Assembly: GCA_963827235.1 (NCBI GenBank)
Contig: CAWHAE010000005.1
Location: 1 to 64,000 of the forward strand
Reading direction: 5' to 3'
DNA from: an uncultured bacterium
GTDB taxonomy: Bacteria > Chloroflexota > UBA5177 > JANWHV01
DNA: 64,000 bases
Made by a program: the position numbers and the translations under genes. The notes beneath the pieces were generated by a model, which had not been told where the DNA came from, ran no database searches, and saw only the letters and a program-made list of their open reading frames with translations. Below, in pieces: positions 61,587 to 64,000 of this stretch. Position 1 is the stretch's first letter. Each line of letters opens with the position of its first letter.

Positions 61587-62669
61587 CTACCCCTGCCGTG
61601 CGAGATCCTGCCCGGCCTCTCTTCCTGACACGCCTGCCGAGGCAAACGTCGCCATCTCGTCCAGCACGGCGACCGCGTCGTCGACGAGATGCATGGCCAT
61701 TGCCGCCCCCGTTCCCTCGCCCAGTCGCAGGTCGAGGTTCAGCAGAGGAACCAGCTCCATCCGCTCCAGCATGATGCGATGCCCGATCTCCACCGAGGAG
61801 TGAGCGGCGATCAGGTAGTCGCGCGCGGCGGGACAGAGCTCCGTGGCGATCAACGCCGCGGCGCCCGAGATGAAGCCGTCGACGAGCACGGGTATGCGGT
61901 GGGCGGCGGCGGCCAGGATGACGCCGACTAGTCCGCCGATCTCAAAACCGCCGACCTTCGCCAGCACGTCGAGCGGGTCGTCGCCGGACACCTTGTTCAC
62001 TGCCAGGGCGCGCTCGATCGTGGCGATCTTGCGCTGCAGTCCGCTGTCGTCTACTCCTGTGCCGCGCCCGGTCACCATCGCCACGGGCTTGCCGGCAATC
62101 GCGGCCACGATGGCGCTCGAAGCAGTCGTGTTGCCGATGCCCATGTCGCCGGTCGCCACGAGATCCAGGCCGCGGGCGAGCTCTTCTTCCACCAGATCCA
62201 TACCGGCACACACGGCGGCCCGCGCCTGCTCGCCGGACATGGCCGGCCCTTTGGCAAGATTCTGGGTGCCACGGGCGACCTTCTTGCGCACGATGGCGGG
62301 CGTCTCCGGCAGATCGCTTGCCACGCCCAGATCCGCCACGATCACGCGAGCCCCTGCTCTCCGGGAGAGCACGTTGATCGCCGCGCCGCCCTCCACAAAA
62401 TTCATCACCATCTGCGCGGTCACTTCCTGGGGATACGCTGATACGCCGTCCACCGCCACGCCGTGGTCTGCCGCGCAGACAAACACGGCCTTGTGCGGAA
62501 AACGCGGGCGAGGATTGCCGGTGATACCGGCCAGCTTGATCGATAGCTCCTCAAGCCTGCCCAGGCTGCCCTGCGGCTTCGTCAAGCTATCCTGGCGCTC
62601 TCGCGCCGCTGCCATGGCCGCCGAGTCCAGCGGCCCGACGCGGCTTATCGTATCGAGAATGCGGTCCAT
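61587..62669 (-). CDS. cobT: Nicotinate-nucleotide--dimethylbenzimidazole phosphoribosyltransferase
   Basis: LTKPQGSLGRLE, ADHGV, GDMGIGNTT, RLGEGTGA. Confidence 0.96.
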   Translation of the reverse strand: MDRILDTISRVGPLDSAAMAAARERQDSLTKPQGSLGRLEELSIKLAGITGNPRPRFPHKAVFVCAADHGVAVDGVSAYPQEVTAQMVMNFVEGGAAINVLSRRAGARVIVADLGVASDLPETPAIVRKKVARGTQNLAKGPAMSGEQARAAVCAGMDLVEEELARGLDLVATGDMGIGNTTASSAIVAAIAGKPVAMVTGRGTGVDDSGLQRKIATIERALAVNKVSGDDPLDVLAKVGGFEIGGLVGVILAAAAHRIPVLVDGFISGAAALIATELCPAARDYLIAAHSSVEIGHRIMLERMELVPLLNLDLRLGEGTGAAMAMHLVDDAVAVLDEMATFASAGVSGREAGQDLARQG

Positions 62670-62695
62670 GAACCTCTCCTATCGCTCCTTGTTCT

Positions 62696-63310
62696 CTAGC
62701 TCACGAGCCCGGCCCGTATGCTGCGTGCGTAGTCTCGCGGTTCGACGGACAATCCCTTCACCTCGACTCCCAGCCCTGCCACTACGAGGAACACCGCGTC
62801 CGCCAAACGTGCCGCGTGCAGGTTGACCACGCCCTGCAGGTCGCGGAAGGCCCGGCCGAGCGGTGTATCGGGAACCACGCCATACCCCACCTCGTTCGTG
62901 ACCATTACCACGTGCCAGGATCTTACCCGCGCGGTCTCCACCACCGCGTGAAGCTCATCGCACAGCGTGCGCTGCAACTCCTCCACGGCCTCCCACCAGC
63001 CGGCAGTCTCCGGCTCGCCAAGGCTGAGCAGTCGGTTCGAAGCCCAGATGGTCAGGCAGTCGATAAGCACGACGCCGGCCGACGACGGCACCCTCTCCAG
63101 CACAAACTTCGGATCACGCGGCGCTTCGACGGTGGTCCAACTCGCCGGCCGCTGCGCGCGGTGCCGCGCCACGCGCGCTTCCATCTCGGCGTCGAGCACT
63201 TCGGCCGTGGCTACATAAACGACCGCGCCACTCAGCCCGGCGGCGAGCTTCTCCGCGAACAGACTCTTCCCGCTCTTGGCACCTCCCGTTACCAGAACGA
63301 CTCTTCCCAT
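62696..63310 (-). CDS. cobU: Adenosylcobinamide kinase/phosphate guanylyltransferase
   Basis: GGAKSGKS, YVATA, IDCLT, NEVG.G, FRD..G. Confidence 0.94.
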   Translation of the reverse strand: MGRVVLVTGGAKSGKSLFAEKLAAGLSGAVVYVATAEVLDAEMEARVARHRAQRPASWTTVEAPRDPKFVLERVPSSAGVVLIDCLTIWASNRLLSLGEPETAGWWEAVEELQRTLCDELHAVVETARVRSWHVVMVTNEVGYGVVPDTPLGRAFRDLQGVVNLHAARLADAVFLVVAGLGVEVKGLSVEPRDYARSIRAGLVS

Positions 63311-63313
63311 ATG

Positions 63314-64000
63314 TTAGGCGCCTCCATCCACCAGGTCGTAGACCCGCGCCATATCCAGCTCGGCGCGCACTACCGATGCCAGCCGGTCGTATTCATGCTC
63401 CCGCTCGGGCACGCCGCCGGACTCCAGGCGCAGGCCGCGACGAGCGCCAAGCCAGTCGATCAGGGCCCGGCGCGCGGCGGAGTTCTCGAACAGGCCGTGA
63501 AGGTAGGTCCCGACCACAAGCCCGTCCTCGCTCCGGCAACCGTCCGGCTGCGCGCCGTCGTCGCCGGCCGCGGTGAGGAAGACGGGCATGCCGGCACCCA
63601 CCGTGCGGCCCGTGTGGATCTCGTAGGCGGAGACACTCTCGTCGCCCATGCCCCCGAACGGCCCGGGGCCGCCGATGGCCGAGGCGCGAACCCGAACCGT
63701 ACGCTTTCCGGCTTCGAACCATGTGCGCACGGGCAGCAGCCCGAGGCCAGCAGCGCTGGGCAGCGGCGACTCGATCCCGTCCGGATCCTCCAGGGTCTGG
63801 CCCAGAATCTGGTAACCGCCGCAGACGCCGAGCACAGCCGTTCCCGCGCGCGCCTGCTCGCACAGCACGGCAGCCAGCCCGCTCTCCCGCAAATAGCCGA
63901 GGTCGGCGATCGTGGCCTTCGTGCCCGGCACGATGATCAGGTCGGGAGCACCTACGTCCCGCAGACGGCGGACGTAGCGCAGGCGCACCGCCGGCTCAGC
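63314..64000 (-). CDS. cobQ: Cobyric acid synthase, C-terminal part (runs off window)
   Basis: PGTKAT..DL, GVCGGYQ.LG, YEIH.G, GTYLHGLF. Confidence 0.92.
   Translation of the reverse strand, partial: AEPAVRLRYVRRLRDVGAPDLIIVPGTKATIADLGYLRESGLAAVLCEQARAGTAVLGVCGGYQILGQTLEDPDGIESPLPSAAGLGLLPVRTWFEAGKRTVRVRASAIGGPGPFGGMGDESVSAYEIHTGRTVGAGMPVFLTAAGDDGAQPDGCRSEDGLVVGTYLHGLFENSAARRALIDWLGARRGLRLESGGVPEREHEYDRLASVVRAELDMARVYDLVDGGA

Noticed and set aside
1730-64000. Many long antisense or alternative-frame ORFs (e.g. 1892-3190, 30862-32673, 38678-40378, 54656-56374)
   Set aside because: They overlap well-supported genes, lack motifs and are the expected shadow ORFs of high-GC codon bias.

Overview
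High-GC bacterial window; gene styles suggest Chloroflexota or a related Terrabacteria lineage (inference). It has scattered single-base frameshifts that look like long-read consensus errors. (1) 1-~1320: an AT-richer fragment with a broken GT4 glycosyltransferase that abuts a 5'-truncated nuoC. (2) ~1320-33000: an anaerobic/nitrate-respiration block ending at the 3' end of a tRNA-Gly(CCC) with adjacent integrase arm-site-like repeats. It holds nuoCD-E-F-G-I, a DsbA-like gene, trpS, a His-repeat membrane protein/DUF2249/DUF59/Crp-Fnr cluster, an eRF1-like domain, a flavoprotein reductase, transketolase, HMA chaperone + P1B ATPase, USP, CMD, a PNPOx-like gene, narGHJI and a TDT/SLAC1-like membrane gene. 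Six TGA-N6-TCA palindromes in this block all sit at class-II activator spacing from -10-like hexamers, defining a candidate hypoxia regulon. (3) 33100-64000: core-like genes: LCP, flippase-like, UbiA, S9 peptidase, PrsA-like, a vWA-FHA-PP2C-Zn-ribbon cluster without kinase, miaB, TPR protein, a Rieske/split cytochrome b/di-heme c complex, lon, an HNH gene behind a promoter-structured RNA-terminator unit, AKR, btuFCD with a cobalamin riboswitch, and cobT-cobU-cobQ. All calls come from visual motif recognition; no searches were run.
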